From Octopus sinensis (taxonomy: Eukaryota): a DNA stretch of 64,000 bases. The notes beneath the pieces are model-generated. The model saw nothing but the letters and a program-made list of their open reading frames with translations, was not told the origin of the DNA and did no database searches. The translations under genes were made by a program, and so were the position numbers. The stretch is taken from NCBI RefSeq assembly GCF_006345805.1, contig NC_042999.1, positions 19,406,001-19,470,000 on the forward strand. The letters run 5' to 3'. This document shows positions 61,241 through 64,000 of the stretch, one piece after another; the stretch's first letter is position 1, and the number at the start of each line of letters is the position of its first letter.

Positions 61241-61540
61241 GGCACATGACCTAGTGGTTAGAGCAGCGGACTCGCGGTTGAGGGATCATGGGCTCGAATC
61301 TCAGACTAAGCCATGTGTGTGTTTATAAGTGAAACACCTAAGCTCTATGCGGCTCTGGCAGAAGGTAATGGCGAACTTCTGCTGAACTTTTCGCCACAAC
61401 TTTCTCTCACTCTTTCCTCCTGCATCTTGCAGCTCACCTGCAATGGACTGGCGTCCCATCCAGGGGGAACCTATATGCCAAGGAAACCGGGAAACCGGCC
61501 CGTATGAGCCAGGCATGGCTCGATAAGGAACAAACAACAA
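61241..61540 (+). mobile_element. SINE family C variant with (CAA)n tail
   Basis: tRNA-like head with GCTCGAATCTC; CTGTACACTTTCCACT is duplicated at about 61225-61240 and 61977-61992 around the C+A block. Confidence 0.8.
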
Positions 61541-61544
61541 CTGT

Positions 61545-61965
61545 AGGGTGGTGAGCTGGAAGAATCATTAGTACGCCAGGTGAAATGCTTTGCGGTATTT
61601 CATCTGCCGTTACATTCTGTGTTCAAATTCTGCTGAGGTCGACTTTGCCTTTCATCCTTTCAGGGTCGATTAAATAAATACCAGTTATGCACTGGGGTCG
61701 ATATAATCAACTTAATCCGTCTGTCTGTCCTTGTTTGTCCTCTCTGTGTTTAGCCCTTTGTGGGTAGTAAAGAAATAGGTATTTCGCCTGCTGTTACGTT
61801 CTGAGTTCAAATTCTGCCGAGGTCGACTTTGCCTTTCATCCTTTCAGGGGTCGATTAAATAAGTACCAGTTACACACTGGGGTCGATATAATCGACTTAA
61901 TCCGTCTGTCTGTCCTTGTTTGTCTTCTCTGTGCTTGGCCCCTTGTGGGTAGTAAAGAAATCGGA
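61545..61965 (+). mobile_element. SINE family A dimer nested in the tail of SINE C
   Basis: Two head-to-tail copies joined at AGAAATAGGTATTTCG. Confidence 0.85.
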
Positions 61966-62729
61966 ATAAGCAACATCTGTACACTTTCCACTTTATGAGT
62001 CATGCTTCCTCTTCATGTAGGTGCTCATCAACCTCCTTCATCAGGGGAATAAGGAGAATCACAGGAGTCTTTGTGAGAGTCGAGTAGCAGGGTTATCCTG
62101 CTCTGGTTTTTACTACAAGTCTTTAGCAGCATCAGGGATACGAATTTTGAAATTCTGCATTTAACATAAAACGCACATTTGTGAGTTCATTTCCAACCTA
62201 ATGTTCCACAAAAAATAAACCATTTCTTTTTTTTTATTTTATCTTTTTTATTTTTTATTATTTTTATTTTTTTATTTTTTTACTAAAACAGAATCGCTGA
62301 TTCGAACAATCTGAAAATTGTTACCATTTATTTACTGATACTGAATACTCTCTTTCCCTTCTCATTTATATTTTTCTCCCCCCCCCACCATCTTTTATTT
62401 CCATTTTAACTTGCATCCATCCGTATTTTAGCATTTCTAATATGTGCAACCATAGCAATATTGTTCACATGTAATTGATATGCAACAGTCTATTTCTGTT
62501 GTTGTTGTTGTTTTTTTTATCATTTCCCATTTTGTTCTGTTTATTCAGTGGCCATTCTCATAACATCAAGCTTTCTTTAATAACAACGTCTCTTTAATGT
62601 TTTACCTTTTTATTTGACAGCATTGATCACCTATTACTTGATACGCAACATCATTTTCCTTCTACGCTCTGCAACAATCCTCTAAGCTCTCATCTATTTA
62701 TAGCCACAAATTTAAGTATACGTGCTTTT

Positions 62730-62845
62730 CTTATGTATTTATATATATATATATATATATGTATATATAATATATATATTTGTATTTATGTATATATATA
62801 ATATATATATATGTATATATATGTATACATATATATATATAATAA

Positions 62846-62882
<37 letters not shown>

Positions 62883-62895
62883 GTACATATACATA

Positions 62896-62931
<36 letters not shown>

Positions 62932-62991
62932 TATATATATATATATATATACATAGAAAAGCATACATACATAGATACATATATATATGTA

Positions 62992-63072
<81 letters not shown>

Positions 63073-63119
63073 ATATATATATACATACATACATATATAT
63101 TCTGTTATTTGTTTCAGTC

Positions 63120-63152
<33 letters not shown>

Positions 63153-63198
63153 GCATGCATATGTGTATGTGTGTGTGTGTATATAAGTAAATATTCAG

Positions 63199-63243
<45 letters not shown>

Positions 63244-63365
63244 CACACACACATATATATATATATGTAAACACACACATGCATACATAACGTGCACAAA
63301 CATATATACAAACATATAGATACTTACATACACACACACACACACACACACACACTTACACACAC
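62730..63365. repeat. (TA)n/(TG)n/(CA)n microsatellite
   Basis: Direct inspection. Confidence 0.95.
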
Positions 63366-64000
63366 CATTCATAAATTCTGTTTTTTAGTTTCCCCCCAAT
63401 CATTTTTTAAAAATCCTTTTTATGCTCCTGTGTGTTTTACACTAATGCATTTTGCACACAAAACCACTTTAGCTATCATAATATAGCATCCATTTACTTG
63501 TGCAATAATTTTTATTTAAACTTCTAACAACTTAGGTGATGTGGCTGATGTTTCTCTCTCACAGTATATTTGGCAGATTCTTGCCGAAAAACTCAATTCT
63601 ACCCAATGATATACAACTGCGATTAACTAGAATCCTGAACAATAGGTGATTAAGTGATGAGTTATTAGTTTTGTCAGTAATTTGGCAAAAGCAAATTAAA
63701 TGACCGAGAGTTTGGAGATGATAATGCTGATACTGAAAATTCCTAATATGGACAAAGTATCACACTTTGTGACAGAGAAAAATGACGGTTGAATTGACAT
63801 TATCATTCCTGTAATGGACAAAAGCAAACGCTGACCCAGAGAAGATTTGTACTCAGAACATAACAGGGGAAGAATTAATTCTTTTGATATCAACCAGTTC
63901 AGTACCATCTCTAGTTCTCTCTACAGACTTCCTTTTTTAAAGTTATTTAATTTGAAAATATCCTATTAAAATTTTTTGCTAATTTATGTTAAGTTATGTT

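Larger units (their letters stand above)
60900..62170 (-). mobile_element. Possible highly decayed RTE-type RT fragment hosting SINEs C and A
   Basis: Weak peptides only (KEVDEHLHEEEA, NFQRAFDNKH), many stops. Confidence 0.3.

Noticed and set aside
63690-63910. Coding-like segment near the window end (also 8900-9090 and 9380-9850)
   Set aside because: Stops in all frames and no recognisable motif.

Overview
Repeat-dominated, non-coding eukaryotic window. It is very AT- and microsatellite-rich, and the SINE, RTE and mariner complement suggests an octopus or related coleoid cephalopod (inference, not shown by the sequence). I find no host protein-coding exon, rRNA, true tRNA gene or CRISPR array. 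Contents: (i) a near-full-length RTE LINE (APE+RT, with a PHD-like Cys/His insert in the RT), one truncated copy and four 3'-end-only copies whose 3' UTR carries an expandable ~60-63 bp hairpin array; (ii) fragments of RLE-type LINEs, a Ty3/gypsy gag and three decayed Tc1/mariner elements (DD34D mariner, a DD41D-like element with 46-residue spacing, and a maT-like element); (iii) Helitron, Helentron-type and piggyBac-type MITEs; (iv) about 35 tRNA-derived SINE copies in at least five families. The most notable signal is a high density of type I hammerhead ribozyme (HHR) motifs: about 9 recognisable copies in five unrelated sequence families. Most sit in (TA)n-anchored, often fold-back, Penelope-like termini. 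One family is a tRNA-headed SINE carrying a minimal, dimer-type hammerhead in its tail (4 copies). A separate unnamed family of three divergent fold-back elements (8.1, 10.2 and 18.9 kb) shares conserved stems. All alignments and folds were done by eye, coordinates of decayed repeats are approximate, and ribozyme activity is predicted, not shown.
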